A DNA stretch of 64,000 nt from Octopus sinensis (lineage: Eukaryota). Shown piece by piece: positions 10,521-24,108 of this stretch. Position numbers and translations under genes: made by a program. Position 1 is the stretch's first letter. Each line of letters begins with the position of its first letter. The notes beneath the pieces were generated by a model. The model saw nothing but the letters and a program-made list of their open reading frames with translations. It ran no database searches and was not told the origin of the DNA. The DNA lies in assembly GCF_006345805.1 (NCBI RefSeq), contig NC_043015.1:33666001-33730000 (forward strand). The letters run 5' to 3'.

Positions 10521-11727
10521 CCATATTTTGAGGGGGGCGGCATGTTTTGCAGTTTTCAGTTCAATCCCACTGGTATTGTGCTCTCAGCCCCAGGCTGTGC
10601 AATGCCCAGGGAGTGAAACTGAAAAGGAGCTAAACTAAGTAATGACAAGTTTTGAAGATACAAAATATTTAAGAGATGACGACGATGATGCAATGACAAT
10701 GCTGATACTTTCATTTCATTTTATTATCGTTTCCAATACATTGAAGTAAGACAAATACATTTGACATTATCGACAGCAGAGGTACACAAAGATGCATAGA
10801 TTCACAACAGTATTGATTGCTGGTGTTTGTGTTTATATTTGTAGCAGTTTTACTATACCAGTCAATGACACACACATGGGTTTGGTAATACAAGCAGGAA
10901 AATGGAATAGGGTCCTTAAAAATGGAAAACCCACCTAATTGGAAGCTAGTTTGATAAGTACTAACACATGAAACTTTCAGCGCTTGAGTCACTGTAACGT
11001 CTGCTAATCATATATATATATACATATATACACACACAGACACACGTCAATATGTACACATACATGCACACATACACATATCACAGTAGTGCACTTATTG
11101 CATTTGTGGATGATACAGATGTTTCCCTCAATACACTTTGTAAACTATTTGCAGCAGTAATTGCACCACACCATGGGACCGATTTGCTGTTAGCTGGACT
11201 GAGTCAATGAGAAATATCAAGAACACAAGTACAACTGGTAGCAGAATCTGAAGCAGCAACACTTCAATTGTAACAAGACTGGCACTAAGCCAACTAAACA
11301 ACCAACTAAACGTCACCAGCTATTCATATATAGTTGTTATATATGGTTATAGATTCCGCACTGTTAAAACAAACCACTATCCTCAAGGCTGCTTTATTCA
11401 TGAATATTTTATACACCTATCACTAGCCTTGCATGACCATGTCGCATTTAAGCATAGAAACAGGTGAAATGCAACAATTGGTCACCAAAGCTCTGTTGAG
11501 ACTTGCCTGCTCAGTCGAAAGTAGAGTTGCATAAACCAGTAACCTGAATGGAAATGGTGGTATGCTCTGAAAAACATTTCTATTAAATGTGATTACATCA
11601 AGGGATAGAATAATGTTCAAGTGAATGTTGCATCAGTTTTGATAAATGACTATGCCGTTTGTTCAGTCATTGGAACTACCTGCTCAGTGCACGGATTATT
11701 AAGGAAGTGGTTGAGAATTCCAGAGAC

Positions 11728-12193
11728 ACTTTAGCATTCAGATTAGTCTATCAAATGTAATGCTTATTTGTACACATCTTTTTGAGCTAATCATGCATTA
11801 TCTCATAGCTTCCAGATTTCCATGATGTGATTGCCTATTTTTAGAATGACATTACAGGGTAGGCATGATATACCAGATATGGGCAGTTTGAACGGCACGT
11901 AAAATGCACCAATCCGACCATGGCCGTTGCCAGCCTCGCCTGGCACCTGTGCAGGTGGCACATAAAAAGCACCCACTACACTCACGGAGTGGTTGGCGTT
12001 AGGAAGAGCATCCAGCTGTAGAAACACTGCCAGATCAGACTGGAGCCTGGTGCAGCCTTCTGGCTTCCCAGATCCCCGGTCTAACCGTCCAACCCATGCT
12101 AGCATGGAGAACGGACGTTAAACGATGATGATGATGATGATGATGAACAGAATATTTGGACTGGATATGGATAGTTTAAATGCTAAAGGGTCA
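11728..12193 (+). mobile_element. piggyBac-like MITE interrupted by an RTE 3' tail (11894-12145)
   Basis: ctttagcatt...aatgctaaagggtcaa termini; related copies at 41908, 54110 and 62664; inserted piece ends in (GAT)n. Confidence 0.7.
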
Positions 12194-13417
12194 ATTTAAA
12201 CTTTATGTAGATACTATATTGCTGTGTGTGTGTGTGTGTGTGTGTGCGCGCGAGAGAGAGAGAGGGGGGTAAGATTATTCATTTGCACAGTGAATGCAAC
12301 ACGGCCAAATAATTTAAACTTCCCAATTATGAGCTCTCGTGTTCACTTCAACTTCCATGTCTTCAGGTCAACCCAAGCCTTGTGACTGAAATTAGCAAGA
12401 TGGAATTAATAAGGAAGCCTGCTGAATGGATGGTGTATATAATTCAAAAGTACAGCTTTGTCATTTATTGTATTATACCGATTCTGTCCAAAAGTTGCAT
12501 ATGTCTATGGAATACTCAGTCACCAGCTCAATGAGCTGGATATTCAGTTAATTGAATAAATGAATACTCGTTATCAAAACTGATGGAAATTTATTATTTC
12601 TAAGTTTGGGTTATAGAGTCTGTGAACGACTGTGCGTGTGTTATAATCTTTTTAATATTTATTTTTCATGCTTGTAGGGGTCAGACAAGATTCACTGAGG
12701 TAGAATTTCTACAGCAGGATGCCCTTACTGTCACCAACCTCCCAAGCAAGGTAATATATTTTTTCTTGGTCCAGGCATAGAAAACTGCAAACAAACCCGT
12801 GTGAAAAAGCAAATTTTGTTCAGAATTAGCATGCAATGCCAATTCAAACACACACACATACAACTGGCTTATTTTCAATTTCCATCAATCAGATTTACTC
12901 ACAAGGTCCTGGTCAACTCAAGATGCTGCATGGTGGGACTGAACCCAGAACTATATGGTTGATAAGTAAACTCATTAATACACAGCCATGCCTCTGCCTA
13001 GTCACATGTGTGTGTGTGTGCATATGCACATGTGTGTATGTGTGTGCATATGCACATGTGTGTATGTGTGCATATGCATGTATGAACATATATCAATGTG
13101 TGACCTCGTAAATTATATTCTGAGAACAAACTTAACAGACTGACCTATAAAAAGAAATAGAATAACCTGAATTCTTGGACAAATATAAAAACAAAACATC
13201 CCCTTCAAAACCTGTGACATTTCTTTGAAAATATTTTTTTTTTTAGTTTTTCTTTCAGAAAATAAAACAAAATAAAATACTTTGCAAAAAGATGGCTGAG
13301 AAGAAAATACACCACAGAGCATTCCACACACTAAATACATATATTGTAAGGTTTCACATATTTAATATTGTCAAATGATCAACACTGCTTAATTGAGATT
13401 ATCCACAACAGGATATG

Positions 13418-13547
13418 GCTTACGGCCATATCACGTTGAAAATCACGTTGAAAGCACCGGTTCTCGTCCAATCACCGAAGTTAAGCAATGTTGAGCCTAG
13501 TTAGTACTTAGATGGGTGACTGCTTGGGAAACCTAGGTGCTGTAAGT
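13418..13547 (+). pseudogene. 5S rRNA pseudogene
   Basis: gcttacggccatatcacgttgaaa...gaagttaagc...ttagtacttagatgggtgactgcttgggaaacctaggtgctgtaag. 12-bp tandem duplication (13430-13441, 13442-13453), apparent CpG-decay changes, solitary copy. Confidence 0.92.
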
Positions 13548-13559
13548 GTCACACATTTT

Positions 13560-13920
13560 TATAGGCGCAGGAGTGGCTGTGTCGTAAGTAGCTTGCTTAC
13601 GAACCACATGGTTCCAGGTTCAGTCCCACTGCGTGGCACCTTGGGCAAGTGTCTTCTACTATAGCCTCGAGCCGACCAAAGCTTTGTGAATGGATTTGGT
13701 AGACAGAAACTGAAAGAAGCCCATCGTATATATGTATATATATATATATGTTTATCTCCCCAACATCGCTTGACAACTGATGCTGGTGTGTTTACGTCCC
13801 CATAACTTAACGGTTCGGCAAAAGAGACCGATAGAATAAGTACTGGGGTCGATTTGCTCAATTAAAGGTGGTGTTCCAGCATGGCCACAGTCAAATGACT
13901 GAAACAAGTAAAAGAGTAAA
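13560..13920 (+). mobile_element. tRNA-derived SINE (family of 5760-6200)
   Basis: Near-identical head and tail. Confidence 0.92.
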
Positions 13921-16422
13921 TATTAGCCAAAATATTCTCCTAGTTTTAATTCATGATAATTAACTCAGCCAATGATGCAAGATCCTCAATAATTCACTCA
14001 TTCATCCACAGATACAAGTCTTTCAATATTCCAATGCTCAACTGAAATTTCCTCAAACTTCAGGGAAAATAAATGCAAAATTGGGTTCCTTTTTGAAAAA
14101 TGGAATGAGTATTTTCAGCACTGGGATGATTGCTTGATATCTTTGCAGAGAGAAAAGATCTTTCATTCAGTTGACTTATTAACTTATTTAAGGGTACTAG
14201 ACATTTTGGAGTTGTAAATGTTTGCTAAATTAGTCTGTGTGTTGTAACTGAAATAGCAACACAGTGTAAGATTTATTTTGGTTATGTCAGGACACATAAA
14301 AACTGGTATTTTCACTTTTTTTTTTCAAATACTACTGTAATATTATGAAGTGTAACCTGGTCATAGATAGAATTCTACATGGAACCTGATATACAATAGA
14401 ATTGTAATTTGTGTTACTTAACCCCAGGTTAGTCCACATTGAATGCACCAATCATCAAAGACAGTAGCAGCCTGTCTTTTAATTAGATAGTGCAGCTAGT
14501 ATTATGTTATAAAATGTGGCATATCTTTTAAAATGTACCAAGGTGTAAGTTGAGGGAGCTTTGGTTGCTATTTCTTGCTTGTTCATTAATGAAGTCCATT
14601 TGCCACCCTCTTGGCCCTTAGGAGAGGAGAGTTTTGAGTTAAGAAAAGACAAGTGACTAAAATTATATTAAGCACAGAGTTCAGAAGCTTGAGGGAAGAG
14701 GTGATCAAATTTGCATATCATTTTAGTCATTTTTGAAGTATGGATAAGGGAAGAAAAATAAACTATGCCATCAAATTCGATTATATTTTAATAGATTAAA
14801 TGTTTTTCTTTTGTACTTTAAAACAGTTTGGTTCAAAAATATATGCTTCAGTTAAAATCAGAGTCCTTTCTTTGCACTAACACCCAAAAATCACTGATGT
14901 ACAAATAGTCTTTTTGTGCACCGGTGTAGGGTGTGTACAAGCAGTAGCCTAGCCTGATGTCATTTTGATCTTTATCAGTTGACAGGTTTTCAGGGAACTT
15001 GCTACACCACCCAATTAGTTTCAGCCTATTATTGTTTCGTTCAATCACAGGCAGCTTGGCAACACTAGTTAAAAAATATTAAACTTGGTCTTCAAAAGAG
15101 TGGATAGTCCTTGCAGTAACTGGATAGTAAACCACCACATGACTCAAACTGACAAATTTTCAGAAAAATCCAGCTGTAGAAACAAGCCTTTCAAAACCTG
15201 AATTTCTACAAATAGCAACCCTATATCGGAACTTCTAGTGGGTGCAATTCATATGGAGTGTTTGCTGTTAGTCACTCAAGCTTTGCACCTGTGTGTGTGT
15301 GGAAGATAGCTACTAAACAACACACACAAAAATTCATCACAAACAAGGTAAGTAAAGTATTTAATTGCAAATTTTCTCCCATGGAATCTTCAAAAACCTT
15401 AGCACAGATGTCAGGCTTTTGAAGAAAATAACTTCATTTTAAGCCTACTTAAATTGATGTTCACTCTTGCTCATTAAAACGTGCTTGAGTTGTTTTTTAA
15501 CTTTAAGTTTAGATAGCAATGCACTCCCTTTTTATTTCTCTTACAAAGAATATTTTTAAAAAATGATAATTAAAATATGGAAAACTGCCATTTCATTTAA
15601 TTTTTCATTTTGGTGGGAATGAAAAATAAAAAGAGGGAAATTTTTTTTCAATAAAGAACCTGCATTTGCACATTTTGAATAATTTTTGATAGTTGATGAT
15701 TTTTGCCAGAGAAGAACATGCTGATAAAAATATCCTGTTTCTGTTAAAATACATTGTTTTCTTGTTGTTCTTTCAACAAACAAATCATTTTAAACTATGC
15801 ATTTAATTATTTTTTTTGCTTTTTGTACAAATAGTTAAAGCTACTTAGTTACCTCATCTTATTTGATCAACCATTTAAACAAAGTATCAAGAACAGAGAA
15901 AAAAAAACATATATAAAAAAAAAGGTTACAGCCCATTACATAGTGTAATTCAATTAAAATTCTGCCACATTAAGTACTATTAATTACATATTTTATTTTT
16001 CATAATACTGATAATGCAAAACGCTTTTGCTTTTAAATTTTAGATTTTTCCTATCATTATAAGCAAGTAGAAATATACGATGAAAATCATTCAAGTAGCT
16101 CTGCCAATAACAAAAAAGAGAAAAAGAATAAAACCAACGTTTACCAATATTATGTAAACTGCCTGCAATACGGATTTGCTGCTCTATCTTTCAGATAACC
16201 TATGTGCCTTTATTTCCAAAAATTGTTTTCTCAAATCAAGCTCTAAAAGAGCACTTTTAGAGAAAACACCCAGAAAGATGTTCAATATGATGTTTTACAG
16301 CCACAAAAAAGATAAAGGAGACATTTGAAAGAGGCCCCAAAACTTGACAACTGTCATATTGCTTCATACAAGATATCACAACTAATAGCTAAATGTGGAA
16401 AACTAAACATAGTTGGTGAGAC

Positions 16423-16695
16423 ATTAACAACACTAGGAAGTAATATTTATCCCCACATAAACATGAATGCTCTGTTAGGACAAACGATACTGCAGTAGAT
16501 ACCCTGAGAAAACCCCTCATATTGGTTTTTGGTGCCAAATGCACTCTTGGTTATATTGCTAGCAATATAAATGAGTGCATTTTGCACCAAAAGCCAATTA
16601 TGTGAATTTCTCTCATGGTATCTCCTGCAGAATATTTTGTTCTAATAGAACATCCACATTTAAGTGGGGATAAATATTATTTCTCGGTATTAATA
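16423..16695. repeat. ~270-bp imperfect palindrome (MITE-like)
   Basis: Perfect centre ttatattgct|agcaatataa (16551-16570); outer arms aatatttatccccac / gtggggataaatatt. Confidence 0.85.
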
Positions 16696-16789
16696 CAGCC
16701 TCTGTCACTAATATATATTTACTAATAACACTTTCAGCTTCTGAAACTTTTATCAGGATACACATATCTTAAAACTGTTTTCTTTCTGC

Positions 16790-18307
16790 AATAATTCTGG
16801 TTCTCAACGGATTGATGAAATAGATAAGGATATTGAAACTTAAGAGGACAGAATTTGGAAGACAACCTGACCAATCAACAGTACGGTGGAACAAAGCTTC
16901 ATTGGTGCCTTACGTGTGTTTTGTTAAAAAAGAAAATTATGGAAAAATACTTTTCTGCAAATCGTTGAAAACGGATACAAAGGGAGAAATAAGTTTCAGA
17001 CTTTTAACAGTTACTTTGAAGAAAAATGCAAACCCTTTTGAAGCAGAAGGATATCATGCAATTGATGGTGCACCAAATATTGACAGGTCGCCAAGCTGAT
17101 CTGGTGTCATATGAGAAAGGAAGTGAAAGGAAGAGCCTGGTTTATTTGCAGTTCACTGTGTAATTTAATAGCAACATCCTGTGATTAAAAAGCTTGGTAA
17201 GCAACTGCCTTCAATCCTGGCCTTAGTAATAGCTACTCTTAACAAAACCAAAGTTTGGACCTTAAATGGTAAGCTGTTTTGTCAATTATATGAAGAGAAT
17301 AGTGAAAATTTCAAAACAATTTCTTGACAGTGAAGTTTGATGGAGCCTCAAAAGGAACCTGTTTGAAATACGTCTTTTTTTACCTTTATGACACAATAGT
17401 TGAATTCTTACTTATAAATCACAATGAAACTAGCAAAAAAAAAAAGACACTGACTTTATTTATGGAGATATTGAGTTATTTAGCTGATATTTAAGACAAG
17501 ATGAACAACCTCAATTTGCAAATGCAAGGAAACAATTTTAATCTGATTCACACAAAGAATGCTGTCAAACATTTTATAAGTAAAATTGAATTTTACAAGC
17601 GAAACCTTGGTAGGATGGCAATCTGTTAGTTGCCATCAATGGAAAGCCTTTCACAATTATTTACAGACAAAGATCCTTTAAAAGACCTTTAAAAGAACCG
17701 ATGGAAGATACTGAGGCAAGACTTAATAACTTGATTAAAGAAAGAATTCCTGACTGGGTAAAAAACTTATTTGCATACAAAATAGAAGAACAAAAACATT
17801 ATCTACAAACTAGAATAACAATTTTTGAAAATCAAAGCTTATGTAAAATGTGATTGCAACGTAGTCTATATTGTGGAATGCAGTCAAGATATTTTAAATG
17901 CTTTTTGATCCTCTGATGTGGTGGGAAACGGTTTTAGTGCAGTAAATCAAATTTTGACCATGAATAGTAGAGTAACTTAACGACTCATCAAATTTGAAAA
18001 CCAAATATCACAAAAATTGCTGATGGCCATCAATCACAGGGATCACATGAAGAATGTGTGTTGTTTTAATTATTCCTATACTAATCACATCAATACATAA
18101 TTAATACATAATTAATAATCCTTCATTTCTATTTTTCTTTGATAGAAATGTACATTTATGTGTAATAAAATTGTTTAGATTTATTTTAAATTCAATCAAA
18201 AACACTAAATTTATTACAAAAGGAAAGCATTTGACGCAGAAGTGGTGGTGTGCATCCAAATGCTTTTTAGGGAAACATTTGTGAAAAACAGTTGGGGAAC
18301 ACTACTG
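16790..18307 (+). mobile_element. hAT (Buster/Charlie; ZBED8/SCAND3-like) transposase remnant with right TIR
   Basis: Fragments LFCKSLKTDTKGE, AIDGAP, AVHCVI, YLADI.DKMNNLNLQMQG, terminal HQSQGSH; end aaaaacagttggggaacactactg. Confidence 0.82.
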
Positions 18308-18664
18308 CAATGGTGCCTTTGATGGCTCATATACAGGAGCTCTCAATAAATCCAATGAACAGGATAACTCGCAGGATAATCACAAAGAATCAGACCCAAT
18401 AATTTACCAATTCCTTGGAGAAGTTTTCATCAACTTTTGTTCAAGTGATGACCCATACTTCATAAAGCACCACTTCACCAATTTTTCTCACACACGCACA
18501 TCTCTTTATGGCGGTTACTATCTCCTCACCTCTTCACACACATATCTCCTTGGTGGTGGTCACTATCTTACTACCTCTCTTCACACATACACACCTCTCA
18601 TAAAAAGACGAATGATTTAATAATGTCTGCTCTTGACAAATACTGTATTGTGTATTCACAAATC

Positions 18665-19035
18665 TGGTGGTGGTGGTGGTGGTGGTGGTGGTGGTGGTGG
18701 TGGTAGAAATGGTTATAGTAGTAGCAGTAACACCATTTTAATCTCAGGTTAGTTTTTCTTTTGCCTTCTGTGGTGGAGGAGTGAAAGTGAGGTGGAATTG
18801 TAGGGGGGGAGTGGTGGAAGATGGGGGTTGGGGGAGTGGCAGTGAAATGGGTGCATGTGTGGTGGTTGTTCAGTGTTTGGTGAGAGGATAGGTTGTTGGC
18901 AGAGGTGGGAAAATGGGTTGGCAATGAAGTATAATGGTGGGGGGGGGTGCTTGTTGCATTAGTAGTAGTGGTGGTGGAGGTGTTTGATGGGAGAGTATGG
19001 TGGCTGAGTGAGTGTGGGTGATTGTGTGTGCGCAT
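18665..19035. repeat. (GGT)n and G/T-rich low-complexity tract
   Basis: Directly visible. Confidence 0.85.
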
Positions 19036-21362
19036 GTGTGGAGAATTTATATTTTTCTAAAGCTCTAAATTAGTTTTTACATCATTATGGATATAAAATC
19101 AATATTAATAAAAGATTACAGTCTGATTGGCAATTCAATAAACTGTATATGACACATTGATTAAACCAATAGGCAATGTGGACATAGAACAGCAACAACA
19201 ACTGCAATACCAGATGTAATAGGGTGGTGTATGCCTACATAGAGAAAGAGAGAGTTAGGGGGAGAGGAAAAGGGTGAGGTGGACCAAAGACCATAAAAAT
19301 AGTAAAATAAATGTTTTTTAACTACAAAGACTTGAAAGAATCAGAAATAATGTGTTAGCAACTGAAGAACAAACCAGAGCAAACCATTGTTGATTTGCAA
19401 CAACAACTAAAACAACATAAACAATAACAAGAATAACAATAATAACAATAATAATAATAATAATATAATAATAATAATAATAATAATAATATTCGGTATT
19501 TCTACATTTCAATGAATTCTACAACTAGGGCAGATTATTATCCGAGCTTCTTCCACACCCCTACCTTTATTCGATCATGGTAAAGCCTACAATCTACTGC
19601 ATATATACGTGTGTGTGTGTGTGTATACTTACACACTTGTATATATTGGTTCTCTATTATTAAGGCTCTTTCTCTTTCTCTAGATATGTGTAAAGAGTGG
19701 TGGAGGAGCCGTGACAGTGTATGGTGGTGATGCAGAGCGAGCGACGTGTGGGGAGATGCGTGGCGAGGTTGAAACAACGGAATGATTTCTGTAGGATCCA
19801 TTAAATGTGTAACAATTAATTTACATAAAATATTGAACAGAGGGGAATGGAAGACAGTTGTTGAGTACTGGAGGAGGGTGAGAGAGAGAGAGATGGGCAG
19901 AGAGGAGGAAGGAAGGGAGGGAAATAGAGCATGGTGGAGAGATGGTGAAGGAGAAGGGAACAGAGCATGGGGGAGAAACAGTGAGAGAGAGGCAAACTGA
20001 ATATAGGGGGGAAATGGGGAAGAGATAGAGCACGGTGGAAAGAGCAGAAGAAGAGACAAAGAGAGGAAGAGTTAACTATGGAAGAAAGAGGCAACATGAG
20101 AGAGAGAGAGAGAGAGGACTAGAAAGTGGGAGAAAGATGGGAGTGACATATTATTGGGTTATAGAGTACTGTTACAGTTTAGCCTCCAAGCCAGTCTTGA
20201 TAGACAAACTTATGATCAGAGGCATTCCAGACATGACCATCAATCAAGAAAAGTATGAAAAGGCTTGCTGAAAGCAATGAGATTATGCCTGAGAATATTG
20301 GGGTTCACTGTTGATACAAGGCAGTATTGATTGTTTAGTCGAAGAAGAATGGAGATATTTAATGTTGCAGATATATCCAAACCATACCAATATGAGATTG
20401 TTTATGGAAGATGAGCAATCGCCCATGCATACCAGCATCCCCTCTCCATGTCACTGATATGAACCCAGGCAAAGGCTGATACAGCTTGGCACCAGTGATG
20501 TCGCAACTCACTTCTACAGCTGAGGGAACTGGAGCAACATGAAATAAAGTGCATTGCTCAAGAACACAACAAACAGCCTAGTCCAGGAATTGAACTCACT
20601 AACATATGATTATGAGCCCAACACTAACTACTGAGCTATGCGCCTTCACAATTGTACAAAATGTTGTGAGGCATTTTGTCCAGCATGCTAACAATTCTGC
20701 CAGTGACGCTGGTATGCATGGGCGACTTCTGGTCTTCTATAAAAACAACTTTGCCCAGACTTGTGCCTTGGAGAGGAACCTTCTAGGTGCAATTCCATGG
20801 TCATTCATAACCAAAGGGTGTCTTTTACCAGCATGAGAAACACCATTAAAGCAATTATACTATTGGTGGTATTGAGAAAGATGAATGGTTTAATCAAGGG
20901 ATGGTGGCTGGCCAATCCAAAGAGAACCTCTCTTCAAGATCAAACTGTAAACCTGTTGATGCCAGACCTAGGGGGAAAGGGAAAATAGTTATGATATCAG
21001 GAAGTAAGAGAAATACAGTTTCAAGATGGTACCATGGGATCAATTTGAAAGTTTTGGAATGCTATTTCAAAGTAAAAAGTATTTAACCCTTTTGTTTTAA
21101 ATTCCTAACTAAAATACACTTTACTCTACATTTCAATAAAATTCTTAAAGAAAAACAGTAATAATAAATTAATAATCCTTGTTTAATCAAACAACTGCAG
21201 TTGAGAATCTCTTATATGAAATTCCTGGAAGTGAAATTAATGCAGAGTTTGGAGAAGGGATTTTTTTTTTTTTTTTTTTAAATATTAATTTTGGAATATT
21301 TTTATATTTGCAACTGTAAAATGGGACAGCTTGGCGGAGTCTAAACACAATATCCATTTACA

Positions 21363-21420
<58 letters not shown>

Positions 21421-21530
21421 ACATTTAAATAAGTTTATATTTCAGATTCTATTTGTACTTTCATTAGGAGTGGTTATGAGACAAATTCCATTCTACATTT
21501 CTTTCAGAACTCTTGTTGAGCTTGAAATGA

Positions 21531-21568
<38 letters not shown>

Positions 21569-22064
21569 TCATTCAGTTCCCATCTACCAAATCCACTCAC
21601 TCCGAGGCATTGGTTAGACTGAGGCTATAGAAGACATTTGCCCATGTTGCCACACAGAGGGACTGAACCTGGAACCATGTGGTTGGGAAGCAAACTTCTT
21701 ACCACACAGCCACGTATATTTTATTTATTAATAAGTTAAAGTCATGTAAGGTGGGAAGTGATGCATGCTGGGAAAAAGTATTTCATCCGTCTTTATGTCC
21801 TGAGTTCAAATTCTGCTGGGGTTGATTTTCCTTTTCATCCTTTCAGGGTTGATAAAATAAGTACCAGTTGAGCACCGGGTCAATGTAATTGACTTATCCT
21901 GTACATCAGAATTGCTGGCCTTGTGCCAAAATTTGAAACCAAAATGTTAAAGTCATGTTTCATGCTTAACAAGAGTTCTGACAGAAATGTATAATGAAAT
22001 TTGTCTCAAAACCACTCCTAATGAAAGTACAAATAAAATCTGAAATATAAACTTATTTAAATGT
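21421..22064. repeat. Inverted repeat with ~110-bp arms (21421-21535, 21955-22064) separated by two SINE insertions
   Basis: acatttaaataagtttatatttcagatt... pairs with ...aatctgaaatataaacttatttaaatgt. Confidence 0.88.
21748..21945 (+). mobile_element. SINE with 13-bp TSD
   Basis: gttaaagtcatgt at 21735-21747 and 21946-21958; same family as 7400-7576. Confidence 0.85.
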
Positions 22065-22644
22065 ACAAATACAGAACAGAAGCCATTAGCTAATATATTT
22101 AATTAGCTTTCTGTATGTATCTTGGTTTTTAGAATATTTTCAAATTATCTCTGCAAGCTGTAAGATGTGAAAGGATTGACACCAGGAAGCAGGGGAATAT
22201 CTGATTAATAAAAAAACTCCCTCAAAAAGTTTCATCCAATTTATGCCAACATAGAAAAGTGGGCATAAAAATGGTGAGATGATGATGAACTTATTAAAGG
22301 CTCACTAACACATTTATGGCAAAAATACCCAAATTTCATTTATTTTATCTTCAATTTTCATTTATTTACATTTTGGATAGCAATTAGTTTCTGCCAATAT
22401 TATATTGAACAACCAGATTGAAATAAGCAAAAGTAAATACTCAACGGGTTTAATGACTGAGTGAGTCCAACATCTGAAGATTATCCATTATCTCACTAGA
22501 AACCATTGCCTTCACTACAGCTGTCTCTACACACTCAGAAAAAAATGAAACAACTGCTTCAATGCCTCCTGCCATGTTACAATTGAGGCTGCCCCACCAC
22601 TGGATTCGAAAAGCCATTGAAACTTAGAGTTTCAGTTACCACTT

Positions 22645-23032
22645 AGGTGCCATGTAGTTAAGAAACACACTATGCAACCATGTGGCTCTGGGTTCAATCC
22701 CACTGAATGCCACTTTGGGCAAGTGTCTTCTACTATAACCCTGGACCAATCAATGATTTGTGAGTGAAGTTGATTGCCAGAATCAGCGGAATCCCCTCAT
22801 GTGTGTGTGCGTGTGCATGTGTGTGTGTCTATGCCTGTGTTCACTCCCACCTCACTGTTTAACCGGTGTTGGTTTGTTTATGCCTCCATAACTTAGCAGT
22901 TTGGTAAAACAAACCAATAGATTAAGTGCCAGATTTATAAAACTCTATCCTGGGGGCAATTTATTTGACTAAACCCTTCAAGATGGTGCCCCCTCATGGC
23001 CACAGTCCAATGACTGAAACAAGTAAAAGATA
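22645..23032 (+). mobile_element. Diverged tRNA-derived SINE
   Basis: gggttcaatcccactg...gggcaagtgtcttctactata...gactgaaacaagtaaaagataa. Confidence 0.8.
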
Positions 23033-24056
23033 AATCTGAAGATTGTATAATTTTACGTAATAAAAAAAAGTGGGAGTATTTATAGTAATATGGAAAAAAT
23101 GTCAGTGAAATTAGGAAAACACAAAATTCATGTCTAAAAATGTTAGATGATGTGATGTAATGCTAGTGTTTATGTAAAGAAATTATATGTTATTACCAAA
23201 GAAATAATGAGATTTACGGCACAGAAATCCTCATTATCATGGCAATTATCATATCCAACACCAACATCATATGTAAACATTCAATCCCACAAGAATGAAA
23301 ATCAAAACAATTCACACACATTCATACACACACACACACACATATCAAACTGTCTGATATACACAAAATTAGAATTGTTTCACTCATCTACACACACACA
23401 CACACACAAACATACACACAATGAGTTAACAATACACAACCATTAGCTGATAGAAACCTATAACCTCTCAGTTCATAGACACACACACACCTCCAATTCA
23501 CTTCATATTTTTATCTCTCTAAATTATTTATAAAGTTGAACTTTTACTGCAAACATTTTTGTTTAATTCCCACTGAAGATGCTGTATATCAAGAGATAAA
23601 CTTGATTGATTGATTTAGATCAATAATGTATAATTAGTAAATGTTCATTGATGAAAACAACTTTCAAAGAACTCTACTACAATATATATTTCCACAAAGA
23701 TCCCTTCTTTAAATATATTTCTGTCAAAGTCACTAATTTAATCTGTATTTCTATCAAGACCCCCTACTATATATTCTTATCAAAGTCCCTACTATATAAT
23801 ACATATTTCTATCAGTATTACTACTATAATATACCAGCTTGCCCATTTCGCTAAAAATGCTGACAGCATCATTAATGATAGAAAATGGTACTTTAACACA
23901 ATGGCAAAAACCATTAATAAATATCATCCATCTAATAAATAGATTTGCAACATACAAAATTAAAGCACTTGAAGAATCAGATACAAGGGGAACATCTTGG
24001 TTGAAAATAGCGTCCACATAATGTATGTGTATGTATATACACACAAACACACACAT

Positions 24057-24108
<52 letters not shown>

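Noticed and set aside
13418-13547. Functional 5S rRNA gene
   Set aside because: The 12-bp duplication, several substitutions and the absence of a tandem array indicate a pseudogene.
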